A stretch of DNA of 62,583 bases, the filler included, from Stramenopiles sp. TOSAG23-3 (taxonomy: Eukaryota), in assembly GCA_900128585.1 (NCBI GenBank). It is 12 parts of 12 records of this genome, joined end to end, with 100 filler letters (N's around TTAATTAATTAA, not from the genome) between each part and the next. Parts side by side here need not be neighbours in the genome. Positions count along the whole stretch, not along the records: positions 1 to 5,151 come from LT643599.1; positions 5,252 to 10,399 come from LT643600.1; positions 10,500 to 15,642 come from LT643601.1; 9 more parts are not named here. One strand, 5' to 3'. Positions 1 through 10,500 of this stretch are shown piece after piece. Position 1 is the first letter of the stretch. Every line of letters starts with the position of its first letter. Position numbers and translations under genes: made by a program. The notes beneath the pieces are model-generated. The model was not told the DNA's origin. It made no database searches and saw only the letters and a list, made by a program, of their open reading frames with translations.

Positions 1-944
1 TCTCTGCAACGGCGGCCATCGTATAATATGCTTATTATCTACTATACAACAAAAATAACAACCAAACAACACGTTTTTACTTCTTCTTGAGCTACTGTTT
101 GTCTGTTTCTGATGAAACGTTCCCTTCCCGGAGAGGCCTTAACCTATTTCTTCGTGATTGCTTTCCTTGAGTTGTTTGATGAAGAAATGGAGGAGGTCGT
201 ATTACTTCATTAAATTAAACAACCAACCAGTACCACTCATCTTCTCTAATTGAGATCCTATCTAGTCCATAGCATATAAATAGTATTGGAAAAGAAGGAA
301 GGAAGATGATAAAAGAGTCGGATAGATTAATAATTTCCACTGAAGTTGGGGGAGCTTCAGAGCTTCAGAGCTTCAGAGCTATTATACCAAAGGAAGGTCA
401 AGAGGAAAGAAAGTGATGCAATTCTATACTAATTATATATATTGTATACTTTAAATAGGTATGGTTTATACTCATCATAATAAATAAAATATAAAATGGA
501 TCCAATCTTTACTGTTTTAATACTGTACTCCTACTGTACTGTATTTATATAGCTAATATAGCAACAACATCAAGTTGTAATATTTTCGATTTAATTTAAT
601 ATTTATTTTATTATTTATTATTTGCGAGTATTAAAATCTTAGAGTACTTGTAAGCGCTCTTTTTAGCCTATATATAATATGTCAACTATAGTTATTTTTG
701 TATTTTAAGTATATAAAAAGTATATGATTTTTTATACTAATCTTCCTATCGATCATTTCCGAAGGGGTGATGAAACGTACAGAGTATGTGTATCTTATGC
801 TGTGTAATGTAAATATACTGAAGAAGAATACCTTTTGATTGAGAGAAGAGAGAGAGGCTTTCTTTTCTTCTACTGACTATGAAAAAAAAAAAAATTAAAA
901 AGATGACCAATCGCAATATCGCAATTAGCCTGCCTCTTTGAGGG

Positions 945-969
945 AGATCAGATCAGATCAGATCAGATC
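945..969. repeat. (GATCA)n microsatellite, about 5 copies
   Basis: gatcagatcagatcagatcagatc read directly. Confidence 0.85.
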
Positions 970-2042
970 GCATGCAATCCAATTCGATCAGTTAAAAAAA
1001 TTAAGGTTTTATTTCTATACTGTGACTACTATGGATGAAATAAAAAAGTTTTACTCATCAAACAAACAAACCTTCTGACTTCTGACCACACAATCAATAA
1101 TAAAGAAAGTGAATTATAAGAGCTGACAGAAGAAGGAAGAAGGAAAGGCAAAAGGAAGAGGTACGAGGTTGATGGTGTTATTATTCTTATATTTTATTAT
1201 TTAAATCAATAATTATTATTTATTATTATATAGACACTGTTAAACTATTCAAGTTGAAATGGCTTAATACAATATACAAACAACAAGAAGAAAAGAAAAA
1301 TTGATCGCAAAATTTCATTTCTCTGTGATCGATAAAGGAGTTTTGAACGCATTGTATTTATATTGGTAGATTAGATTAAGATAAATAGATAGGTAAAATA
1401 TCTTTAAAATCAGAATTAATAACTAATATAATATTTAATATCGTATCTTCCTTATAATAGCTAAGTTATTATTAAATAATGTTGTGGAGATGTAGTGCAA
1501 AGCGGGGTGCAAAACCACCACGATTGTTTCTTTGAGATATGGAGTGACTTAGTGGGATACGTAAGTCTCTCTGATTCTCAACAATAACAATAGAAGAAAC
1601 AATACTGATCAAATGTAGTAAATAATGTTTTGTTGACTATGAAAAAGAAGATACGAAGAATCAGATCCAATTCCAAAAACAATTAAGGATTTACAATTAG
1701 AGAGGATGACAACAACTTTATTTTTGTTTAGTTTAGTTTTGTTTTTATTTTATTATTAATTATTATTATTATTTTTGCTTTATTATTACTATAACTAACT
1801 ACAATAACAACACAACTACTTTTTCCTCCTCCTCCTCCCCCTCTTTTTTTCCCTTCTTCTTCTCTTCTTCTCGTCAGTCGTACCCCTTCCTTCGTTTCTT
1901 CCACCGAAACAAAACGAGTATTATATTTATAAACGATAAAAAGACCAAAGAGAGAAATTGTAGGTGTTGAAGAAATAGATGTTTTAAAACGAAGCATTTC
2001 TACGACGTGGTAATTCTTTCATTTATTGAACATAAAAAAAGA

Positions 2043-2942
2043 ATGGCGACGCACACGCTGCGGCGAATGTTACGCCCTCGACGGAGTTATCTTTACATGC
2101 CTGGATCGAACGCACGGGCGTTGGAAAAGGCGAGGGGGCTGGCTGTTGACGGCTTGATATTTGACTTGGAAGATGCTGTATCTCCGGGTGCGAAAGAAGT
2201 TGCTAGGGAACAAGTTTACGAAGCGGCGAGAAGCGGGGTTTATGGCTTAAGGGAAATAATGGTGCGTGTTAATGAACTGAGTTCTCCGTGGGGGAGAGAC
2301 GACGTTACGACGATGGCTACGAGCAACGCGGACGCGCTTCTTTTACCAAAAGTCGAATCCGTCGAAGATGTGTTGGAGCTCGAAGAGTTGATGATGCAAC
2401 ACGGTGCCCCCGATGACATGGGAATAGGTTGCATGATTGAGACACCACTGGGAGTGTTGAATGCGCCCAGCATAGCAACGGCGTGCCCCCGCGTAATGTC
2501 GCTCGTCGTCGGCACGACGGACTTGGCGCAAGAGCTTCGGGCCCAGCATACCCGAGAGCGGGAGCCGTTTGCAGCCAGCCTGTCCATGTGCGTTCTTGCT
2601 GCACGGGCGGCAGACATCGCAGTGCTCGATAGTGTTCATATCAACTTAGACGACATGGATGAATTCTCCCATCATTGCCAGCAGGGCAAAAATTACGGGT
2701 TTGATGGAAAAACCCTCATTCACCCCAAGCAGATTGAACCCACAAACCGTATCTTTGGCCTGTCCGAGGGCGACGTTGAGCAAGCGTTGCAGGTTATTGA
2801 AGCATTTGAAACGGCCACTAAAGAAGGGAAAGGCGCCGTCACTTTGAACGGAAAACTCATCGAACGGATGCACGTTACCGAAGCGGAAAGAATCTTGAAG
2901 CAGAAAGAGTACATCGATAAGTTGGAAGACAATTGCAATTGA
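2043..2942 (+). CDS. citE: CitE/HpcH-family CoA-ester lyase (citrate lyase beta / malyl-CoA lyase-thioesterase-like), probably mitochondrial
   Basis: Motifs RPRRSYLYMPGSN, DLEDAVSP, LLPKVES, MIETPLGV, GFDGKTLIHPKQI; ATG at 2043 gives a short Arg-rich N-terminus. Confidence 0.9.
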   Translation: MATHTLRRMLRPRRSYLYMPGSNARALEKARGLAVDGLIFDLEDAVSPGAKEVAREQVYEAARSGVYGLREIMVRVNELSSPWGRDDVTTMATSNADALLLPKVESVEDVLELEELMMQHGAPDDMGIGCMIETPLGVLNAPSIATACPRVMSLVVGTTDLAQELRAQHTREREPFAASLSMCVLAARAADIAVLDSVHINLDDMDEFSHHCQQGKNYGFDGKTLIHPKQIEPTNRIFGLSEGDVEQALQVIEAFETATKEGKGAVTLNGKLIERMHVTEAERILKQKEYIDKLEDNCN

Positions 2943-3762
2943 AATGCTGGACTATAATGGGAATGAATAATAATACCGAGGTAGAGGAACGTGGGAGGAG
3001 GGTTGTTTATTGTTGTTGGTTTCGGGTTTGTCACTAATTTACAGATAGATCCCTTGCTCTTGTTTTGTTATACCTTAATATGTATATAGAGGGCTACAGC
3101 ACTACCCTTTTGATTTGTTTAAAAAAAAATAGAATGATTATGGAAGAAATTATATTTAAAACAGTGAAGTCAGACTGAGTATGCGTATTCCGTATTCTAA
3201 TCTAAAATCTATCCTTACTATTTCTTCTTCATCTTCTTCTCATTCTTCATGTGATGATGAAGAAAGAAAAGAAAAAAAAAGAAAAGAAAAAAAAATGAAG
3301 AAGAAGAAGAAGAAGAAGAAGAAGAGAGAGAACAATACGACGACGAAGCAGCAGAAGAAGAAGAAGAAGAAAAAGAAGATATAATATTATGATGCAGCAG
3401 CAAATAATAATATATTTTATTATAATAATACTACAGCAGTATATATATTTCATGAATTATATTAGTACTATTATTATTTTATTTATTACTTCTTCTACAA
3501 TAATAAAAAAATATATTATGTGTATATAAAAAAAAAAAAAATCAATCACAATTTAAAAATGATGAATAAAACTGATGCATCACATTTGTTATATATTGAA
3601 TACATAAACACATATTCACCCACGCCCGTGAATCTATGTATATACACACAAATGCGTATAAAGGCTTATCGTTGAACATAGTCACCGCAAGCAAGAAATT
3701 TAATTTGGAAGAACGAACAGGTATTCTTTAGATAGGTTGACGTTGCAGTACGGTATTGTGCG

Positions 3763-5075
3763 ATGGCGAACCCGTTCCATTCAACGGCAGATAGTGGGAG
3801 GGTTTCGGTTGTTGTTTCGGGGGAGTCTCCGAATGGGGCCTTTCAAGCCTTTCGGAAAAAATTGGTGGTGGATGAAATTCCAAGCCCAATATCGTCCTTC
3901 AAGAGCCATGGGGAGCACCTTTACGTTGGCTCAAAAGATGGAAATTTGTATCAGTATTTGCTTTCGAGGAACAACGCGTATGGCCACGCCAGGGCCACTT
4001 CCGCGAGGGAGACGCGGGCGGCAGGGCTACAAGTCATTTCCAGACGGATCCAGTCCAAAAAGGAAGTGTCCAAGATTGAGGTGGTGCCACAGTTTCAACG
4101 TTTGCTGGTACTCTGTGGGGGGCGGTTGACTGTGCACGATTTGCACTCGTTGGAGACGAGCAAAACGAGCTCCGACAATATAGCAAAGCACGTGAAGTCA
4201 GCGTCGCAGTTTTGCGTGGACGCCCAGAGCCCCCCGTTGTCCCGGCTATGTATTGTACAAAAGAAAACGCTGTACCTGTTCGAATTCACTCAGGGGGAGT
4301 ACGTCTACCTGAAGGAGATAGGTGTGGGTGAAGCACCGCTTGATATTGCGTGGCACGGGGCCAAAATATTCATTGGCACGAAGACGAAGTACTATATTGT
4401 GGACGCCAACACAGAGCACGCCAATGAAGTGTTCGTGCCGCGCGAGAAGGGCATTCCCCCCATGATACATGTTCTTCCCCAGGAGCACATCATTCTCAGC
4501 AGCACGGAAATAGGGGTCCTTGTGGACAAAGGCGGACAGCCAGTAGCCGGGGTGGTCGATCTTACGGGGAAAATGGCGATGTCAGGGGCGATGGGCGGCC
4601 CGTACTTTTTGCTGTTGACAAAGCCAACGGGGAGCTCCAAGCAATACAGTTTGGACGTCCACCACAACGGTATGGAGCAGCAGTTGGTGCAAAGCATTGA
4701 GATTTCGGAAAAGGGAACCCCGGTTTTGTCGTGGGAAACGTTCCAGGGGGGAAAGTACGACCGTGGGGTTTCAAATTATGGCAGTGGCAGGGATTCCTTT
4801 CGTGCAGGGAGCGTTGGTGGAAGCCCACCCGACGAGGCATCGGAATCTATTTTCGTCGCAGTAAATTGGCCAGGGAACCGCATTTATCGAATAGAGCCAA
4901 CGTCGTACAGGGACCAAGTGTCGAGTTTGCTTGCCCAGCAGAACATCCAACAGGCAGAGCACTTGCTGAACATCACCATGGGACACGTCGAAGGCGTGGA
5001 AAAGGAAGAGATGTTCTTGAATTTTCACGCGGAAGCGTGTACAACACTATTCTTACATTTTGAGTTCCAGGCTGT
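3763..5075 (+). CDS. CNH-domain protein, Vps39/Vam6/TGFBRAP1 family (3'-truncated)
   Basis: N-terminal beta-propeller pattern (LYVGSKDGNLYQY, LLVLCGGRLTVHDL, YVYLKEI) followed by QVSSLL..AEHL helical region; coding character is lost near 5075, before the contig end. Confidence 0.8.
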
Positions 5076-5151
5076 GGGAAAAGATGGATGGAGAAGAAGA
5101 AGAAAGATACTCCTTCTTCTCTTCCTTCTTCTTATTACTACTACTATAATA

Positions 5152-5251
5152 NNNNNNNNNNNNNNNNNNNNNNNNNNNNNNNNNNNNNNNNNNNNTTAAT
5201 TAATTAANNNNNNNNNNNNNNNNNNNNNNNNNNNNNNNNNNNNNNNNNNNN
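5152..5251. other. Artificial contig linker (44N-TTAATTAATTAA-44N); identical copies at 10400-10499, 15643-15742, 20876-20975, 26103-26202, 31328-31427, 36547-36646, 41760-41859, 46973-47072, 52183-52282, 57384-57483
   Basis: Eleven identical 100-bp spacers with stops in all six frames; the intervening contigs decrease monotonically in length. Confidence 0.99.
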
Positions 5252-5252
5252 G

Positions 5253-7532
5253 GGGAAAACGGAAGAGCTGAAAAAGGAGATAATTAGGTTGTCCAGTGTA
5301 ATGAAAGAAAATTTAGGTCGGATGAAAGAAAATGAAAGTATGCAGCGACAGTTGAAAACATTTTTGCAGTATCTGCTGAACCCTGCGATGGATTTTGGAC
5401 CACCGCTCAGTCCGGAAGCGAAGGGACTCATAGAGAAAGGCATCGAGGGGCAACTTAAAGCCTTAATGAATGATCGTGTGCGTTTTCTTGCTGTTCACGA
5501 AGGTTTAAAGAAGAATTACGATGCGATGGTACAACAATGCGAACATGCCAGGATAGGGCATGATGCACAACAGTCAGCCCCTGGTGTCATGCCGGGTTTG
5601 CAGGAAGAGTCGAAGAAATTTCAAAAATTGAAAAATCTGAAAATACAGAAAAAGAAATTAGAGAAACAACTGGGGTTGCAGGAGCAGTCTGTGGTGCTTC
5701 CTAACGGCTTTGGGGGCAACGGGATTAAGAGGTGCGTTACGAAGACGCCAGATACTGCCAACAGCATTGCGAAGAACAAACAAAATGGCAAGTCGCAAAC
5801 CAATGTGCCATCACAGCACCCGCCTGGTGAGAAGCCAGCACGGCAGGGTACAGTTTCGCCCGTAAAGAAAACAAAAAAGAGGGCAAAAAGTGTGGGGCCT
5901 TCAAAGCGTTCGCCTGTTTTGACCAAAAAGAAAATTAAAAAAAAGGCAGCGAAAACATTAGTGCCTTCCAAGCGCCCATTCGATGGGAAGTCGGCACCCG
6001 AGAGTGCAATTACGCCCAAAAAGAAGGCAAAAAAGAAAGCGAAAAACACGGTACCTTCAAAGCGATCATCTGCTGGGAAATTGGCACCGGAGGGTGCAGT
6101 TTCACCCGTAAAGAAAACCAAAAAAGTGGCGAAAATTATCCGGTCTTCAAAGCGACCGTCTGCTGGGAAATTGGCACCGGGGGGTGCAGTTTCGCCCGTA
6201 AAGAAAACCAAAAAAGTATCGAAAATTATCCGGTCTTCAAAGCGTCCATCTGGTGGGAAGTCGGCATCGGGGGTTAAAGTAAAGAAAACAAAAAAGATAG
6301 CGAAAACTATGGCGCCTTCAAAGCGTCCGTTTGATGGGACATCGGAACCGCAGGGTGCAGTTTCACCCACAAAGAAAACAAAAAAGAGAGCGAAAACTAT
6401 GGTGCCTTCAAAGCGTCCGTCTGATAGAACACCAGAACCCCACACTGGGGTTACGCATAAAAAGAAAACAAAAAAGATAGCGGATTACATGGTGACTTCA
6501 ACCCAACCGTTGACTGGGAATTCGGTATTGCACCAGCCCAACGTTGCGCCGAAAAAACTAATGCCAGCTTCAAAAAAGATGGCGGTTGCCCCAAAACGAC
6601 CCGTGAAGGACTATAATTCTCTGTCAGCAACGGGCAGTACTCCAAAGGACGGTGGACAATGTGGGTCAGAGAGCTCAACCAATAACGAGGTGGCCGATGC
6701 CCCGAAAACCGCCACGCAGACCAGCTCGCCTCCAAAGGAGAACTGTGCAAGAACGTCAAGCGGTGCTATGCCGTACTCTTACGATAGCTTCAAGGACCTC
6801 CCTGAATCTTCAAAAGTCGTTTTTTCCCAACACTCGCGTGTCACGAGAGATGTTCCTGTGCAGTCTTTGGTATTTTCCAAACGTGGGCAATTGTGTATAC
6901 TTGGTGAGTCTACTGATGAGAACAAAAGGGTTGCTCTGTATGCTGGGAGCACTAAAGAGCAATATCACAATTTGCTGTGGAGCGATGTAGCTTCTGAATT
7001 CATCGTTTGCAAAGATCAGTTAAAGGTCCTCTGCGAACGATGTATTCGATGTCCATACCGGGGCCAAAAAAATAATAAATTGTACGTTGAATCGTACAAC
7101 TCGAGGAACGCCCTTCTGGAAGAATATTGCAAAGCCAGCACAGTATTAACGCGACAACATGTTTTACAAAAGATGTACCGTTGTGGAACCCAATCAAGAT
7201 TTTTGTCATTAGGAATACGTCTATTTTGGAATGATCATTTGCAAGTATTGGAAGCAATGGAAAGGGCAAGAATATTGACCGCGAAGAAATCCGAAAAGCT
7301 TAATGTTAGGATTGCCGCAATTTTTCAAAGGCTTACAACTTTGGCAAATGTGCCAATTGCGGAGTTACACAAATTCAAAGCCAATTATCGGGTCAGGAAA
7401 AAAAAAGTGCCACCGAAAGATGCGCCAAAGGGGAGTGGGGCGCCAAAAGAGAATGGGGCGCCAAAAAAGAATGGAGCGGCAAAAGAGAGTGGGGCGCCAA
7501 AAGATGGTGAAAAAGAAGCGTCAATTTCGTAA
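5253..7532 (+). CDS. Lys-rich protein with ~25-aa internal repeats (5'-partial), unknown function
   Basis: Frame is open from the contig start; repeated KKTKKxAKTxxPSKRPSxGKxAPxGAVSPV units; C-terminal GAPKE/K repeats. Confidence 0.7.
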   Translation, partial: GKTEELKKEIIRLSSVMKENLGRMKENESMQRQLKTFLQYLLNPAMDFGPPLSPEAKGLIEKGIEGQLKALMNDRVRFLAVHEGLKKNYDAMVQQCEHARIGHDAQQSAPGVMPGLQEESKKFQKLKNLKIQKKKLEKQLGLQEQSVVLPNGFGGNGIKRCVTKTPDTANSIAKNKQNGKSQTNVPSQHPPGEKPARQGTVSPVKKTKKRAKSVGPSKRSPVLTKKKIKKKAAKTLVPSKRPFDGKSAPESAITPKKKAKKKAKNTVPSKRSSAGKLAPEGAVSPVKKTKKVAKIIRSSKRPSAGKLAPGGAVSPVKKTKKVSKIIRSSKRPSGGKSASGVKVKKTKKIAKTMAPSKRPFDGTSEPQGAVSPTKKTKKRAKTMVPSKRPSDRTPEPHTGVTHKKKTKKIADYMVTSTQPLTGNSVLHQPNVAPKKLMPASKKMAVAPKRPVKDYNSLSATGSTPKDGGQCGSESSTNNEVADAPKTATQTSSPPKENCARTSSGAMPYSYDSFKDLPESSKVVFSQHSRVTRDVPVQSLVFSKRGQLCILGESTDENKRVALYAGSTKEQYHNLLWSDVASEFIVCKDQLKVLCERCIRCPYRGQKNNKLYVESYNSRNALLEEYCKASTVLTRQHVLQKMYRCGTQSRFLSLGIRLFWNDHLQVLEAMERARILTAKKSEKLNVRIAAIFQRLTTLANVPIAELHKFKANYRVRKKKVPPKDAPKGSGAPKENGAPKKNGAAKESGAPKDGEKEASIS
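5825..6480 (+). repeat. Coding tandem repeat, ~75-bp degenerate units
   Basis: Recurrent ggtgcagtttcrcccgtaaagaaaacmaaaaa...cttcaaagcg blocks. Confidence 0.85.
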
Positions 7533-7723
7533 ATCTGAGTTTTTAAAATTTGAAATTACTAAAGCGCTTAACGGTATGTGTGTACCAAAAGATTCAGAGA
7601 TTAAAATAATTCCTTAATTCTTTTAATAATTCGTACTCGTAAAATTCTAAAGACTTCTTAAGTTTATCCTACACTCGATCTTTTCGTGGACAATTTTATG
7701 CTTAGACCCTATCAGAAGACGAC

Positions 7724-8347
7724 TTACAAATCTCTTAAATTAATACGGTCAATGTTCACAACGAAGACAGGCGGTGCAAACACTGTGTATACCTCCAGGG
7801 CAGTAAACGCAAAGGCCCAGGTCAATATTGCTGACATGCAAGATTGCAAACTTGCAAAAAATAGGAGGTAAATAATGTAAACAAAGGACGAGAGAAACTG
7901 CAGTACTGGGCTTATCAGCCGTGACACTAGAAAGATAATCAAAAGAATAGGCCCACCCGCCCTATCTTTAAAAGTAAGCCACATTATCATCAACAGTAGC
8001 AGTCCGACCAGGACCATTTTAGTCTGGTTTGAAGGCTCGCAGACATTGGGCGAAGCGAGCCCAGTTCGAATGTGCACGGGATTTTTTCGAATAATCCTCG
8101 GCCGTGCATGTTTTTGGATATTAAAATTCTTCCACTTTTTGGGTCCAAGTTCAAGCAGCCCTGGCCACTTATAGTGCATACATACCGTACGCGCTCGAGT
8201 AAGATCACTGAAAGCGAAAACAACTTCTTCCTCGGCTTCCACAAACGAGTGGTCCTCTGCCACCGGCACGTACCAATATTTATGCTCCTCCGTTGAGGTG
8301 AAAAAATATTGCAATAATGATACTATCCTGTCCGTGCCGAAAGACAT
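7724..8347 (-). CDS. Hypothetical membrane protein
   Basis: 207-aa ATG-initiated ORF with several hydrophobic segments in the C-terminal half; no family recognised. Confidence 0.4.
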   Translation of the reverse strand: MSFGTDRIVSLLQYFFTSTEEHKYWYVPVAEDHSFVEAEEEVVFAFSDLTRARTVCMHYKWPGLLELGPKKWKNFNIQKHARPRIIRKNPVHIRTGLASPNVCEPSNQTKMVLVGLLLLMIMWLTFKDRAGGPILLIIFLVSRLISPVLQFLSSFVYIIYLLFFASLQSCMSAILTWAFAFTALEVYTVFAPPVFVVNIDRINLRDL

Positions 8348-8952
8348 TTTTTAAAATGGGGGACGGCGAAAATCAGGTGAGAAATGTGATGTGCTGGTGT
8401 ACCGACGTTTGCAGCTTGTTTTTGGATAAAGTAAGAGATGTTAAACTGGTGAATCTGAGTTTTTTGAAGAAGCTCTCCGGCAGGAGGAGGAGGAGATCCA
8501 CTACTACTTTTTTTCTTTTTCTGCTGCTGCTTTCTTTCGCTCTCTCTCTCTTATTATTTTTTTTTTGTTCTTCTTCTTCTCTTCTTTCTTCTTCTTCGTT
8601 GTTTTTAACTATACATTAGTCTATTATTAGACGACTATTATTAGTACTATGCATAGACTAAAAAAATGTAATATTAATAATTAGTCTCTAGCTTCTCTAT
8701 TAATAATAGACGACGAATAATAATTGCCACAATACGTATAGCTAATATTCAAACCATACCAAGTCGTCAATTATTCGGAACCGGTACGTACGGATACCTT
8801 GTACAAACCTGTATAAAACCAGGTACGGTACGGGTACCGAATGCATAAAAACTGTAATTATTGGTAAAACATTACGAAGTACTAACTTAGTATTTACAGG
8901 CATTATTTATAGGAAAGAAGAGAATCAAATTCTCGTGGTTTATTAAATTATC

Positions 8953-10398
8953 TTACTTCCTTGGTTTTCGAACCTGCTTCATCTTTTTCTTGTCTTTTCC
9001 TTCGTGCCTTTGAATTTTTGGTAACGGTCGTGCATCTTTTGGCCCCGTCTCTTTTTTTATGTAGTCAATAAGTTTGGCGTCCGTCCACACCCAGCTCGAT
9101 AACTGTGGCGCGCCTTTTCCACCCGCTTTCGCTTTCTCGTTTGCGCTGTCTTTCAGTTTCGCGCCAAGGATATCCAGGGTGGAAGTATTTATGCCTATTA
9201 GATGCTTTTCTACCTTCGCCCCAGCTTTACTGTACGCAAAAACGACCAAATTCATAGCAACTGTCCGGACATCAATGTTTGGGTGCCTCATATATTTTGA
9301 CGCCACGGTCATTACTGATTTGTACGTCATTCCGCTGGCTTTGGTAAAACCAAATTCTTCGCACACTTTCAACATCGTAGTATTGACGCCGCAAATAGTT
9401 CGAACGGACTTGGCCGTCATTGCCTCGCACTCAATCAGTTTTCTGCATACGTAATGTGGGCCTAGAAAATTCTTTCCCAAAGCTACAATTGCATTTTGAG
9501 CGTTCCTCCGCAAAGCCTTTTGACTATCGCCTGTGCGCGAGAAAAGGCTTGGGAAAACATGGTCTAACCCCGCGTACAACTGATCTTTGGGTATTTTCTT
9601 CATAAAACTGTTCTCGGTAACCTTTCGCAACAATAAAATCGTCCTGCTGGCAACAGATGGATTTGTGTCAGTGAGAAGTTTCTGGCACAGATAACAGCTT
9701 GCTATGTAGCGGTTCGAAATATCTCCATGGAGTTCCTGAACGGCACCAGCCACTGTTGCCGCCGCGGCTCCCCGAAACTTCCAATTCTTGCTCCAAGCGC
9801 AAGCTGCAACAGTTTCTCCAAAACTTTTTATAATGTCATCAGCAGCGTGCCTTTCAAAACCTTCCAGCAATTGTGGGTAAATTGGATTTCTGTCTGGAAG
9901 ATTTTCTGAGACCCAGTCTTCTAGCGCACTTTGCAGAGGATCATTCGGGTTTGCACGTTTCCGGGGGGTCTGAGACGGTGTTGGCAATGGGCTCTTTTCG
10001 CCCTCGATTTCTTGCCCGAATGGGTCCACTTTCTTGGTGCCTCGAAAAGCTCTTCCAACGGGGCGCTCGTTCCGGTCTACGAGTTCGTCTTGTGTCTTCA
10101 ATTCGTTCCTCGCTTGGGTCCCTCGAAAAGAAGCTTGAATTTTCGTGGCTGCTTTAACTTCTTCCTGCTCCTCGACTTCTTTCTCTTTGGCGCTTTGTAT
10201 GGCTTCTTTTGCGGCAATTTCTTGCTCTTTCATTCGCCGTTGCTCGGCGGCATCGTCTAGCATTTTTTTCTTATTCAAGTCCATGTCTTGCCGAGACTTC
10301 TTTCCTCGATGAAGCGCCTGGATTTTTATTGCCGCCTTCTTCTCGTCTTCGGCCATTATGCGCCTTTCCTTAGCTTCCTGTATCACTTGTTTTTGCCG
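8953..10398 (-). CDS. IQ-motif + TOG/HEAT-domain protein (CEP104/CLASP-like), 5'-partial
   Basis: Two IQ motifs (IKIQALHRGKKSR, TKIQASFRGTQAR); TOG-type start WSKNWKFRGAA and HEAT repeats (RTGDSQKALR, HPNIDVRTVA). Confidence 0.75.
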   Translation of the reverse strand, partial: RQKQVIQEAKERRIMAEDEKKAAIKIQALHRGKKSRQDMDLNKKKMLDDAAEQRRMKEQEIAAKEAIQSAKEKEVEEQEEVKAATKIQASFRGTQARNELKTQDELVDRNERPVGRAFRGTKKVDPFGQEIEGEKSPLPTPSQTPRKRANPNDPLQSALEDWVSENLPDRNPIYPQLLEGFERHAADDIIKSFGETVAACAWSKNWKFRGAAAATVAGAVQELHGDISNRYIASCYLCQKLLTDTNPSVASRTILLLRKVTENSFMKKIPKDQLYAGLDHVFPSLFSRTGDSQKALRRNAQNAIVALGKNFLGPHYVCRKLIECEAMTAKSVRTICGVNTTMLKVCEEFGFTKASGMTYKSVMTVASKYMRHPNIDVRTVAMNLVVFAYSKAGAKVEKHLIGINTSTLDILGAKLKDSANEKAKAGGKGAPQLSSWVWTDAKLIDYIKKETGPKDARPLPKIQRHEGKDKKKMKQVRKPRK

Positions 10399-10500
10399 AN
10401 NNNNNNNNNNNNNNNNNNNNNNNNNNNNNNNNNNNNNNNNNNNTTAATTAATTAANNNNNNNNNNNNNNNNNNNNNNNNNNNNNNNNNNNNNNNNNNNNA

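Noticed and set aside
110-180. CTGATGA as a hammerhead ribozyme or SECIS core
   Set aside because: Could not build the required flanking helices or the correctly placed partner motif
2043-2942. CitE-like gene as bacterial contamination or recent transfer
   Set aside because: It shares a contig with a Vps39-like gene, has host-type spacers and a mitochondrial-type leader; the family is widespread in eukaryotes
5621-6445. 274-aa Phe-rich repeat ORF on the minus strand
   Set aside because: Antisense of the Lys-rich repeat region
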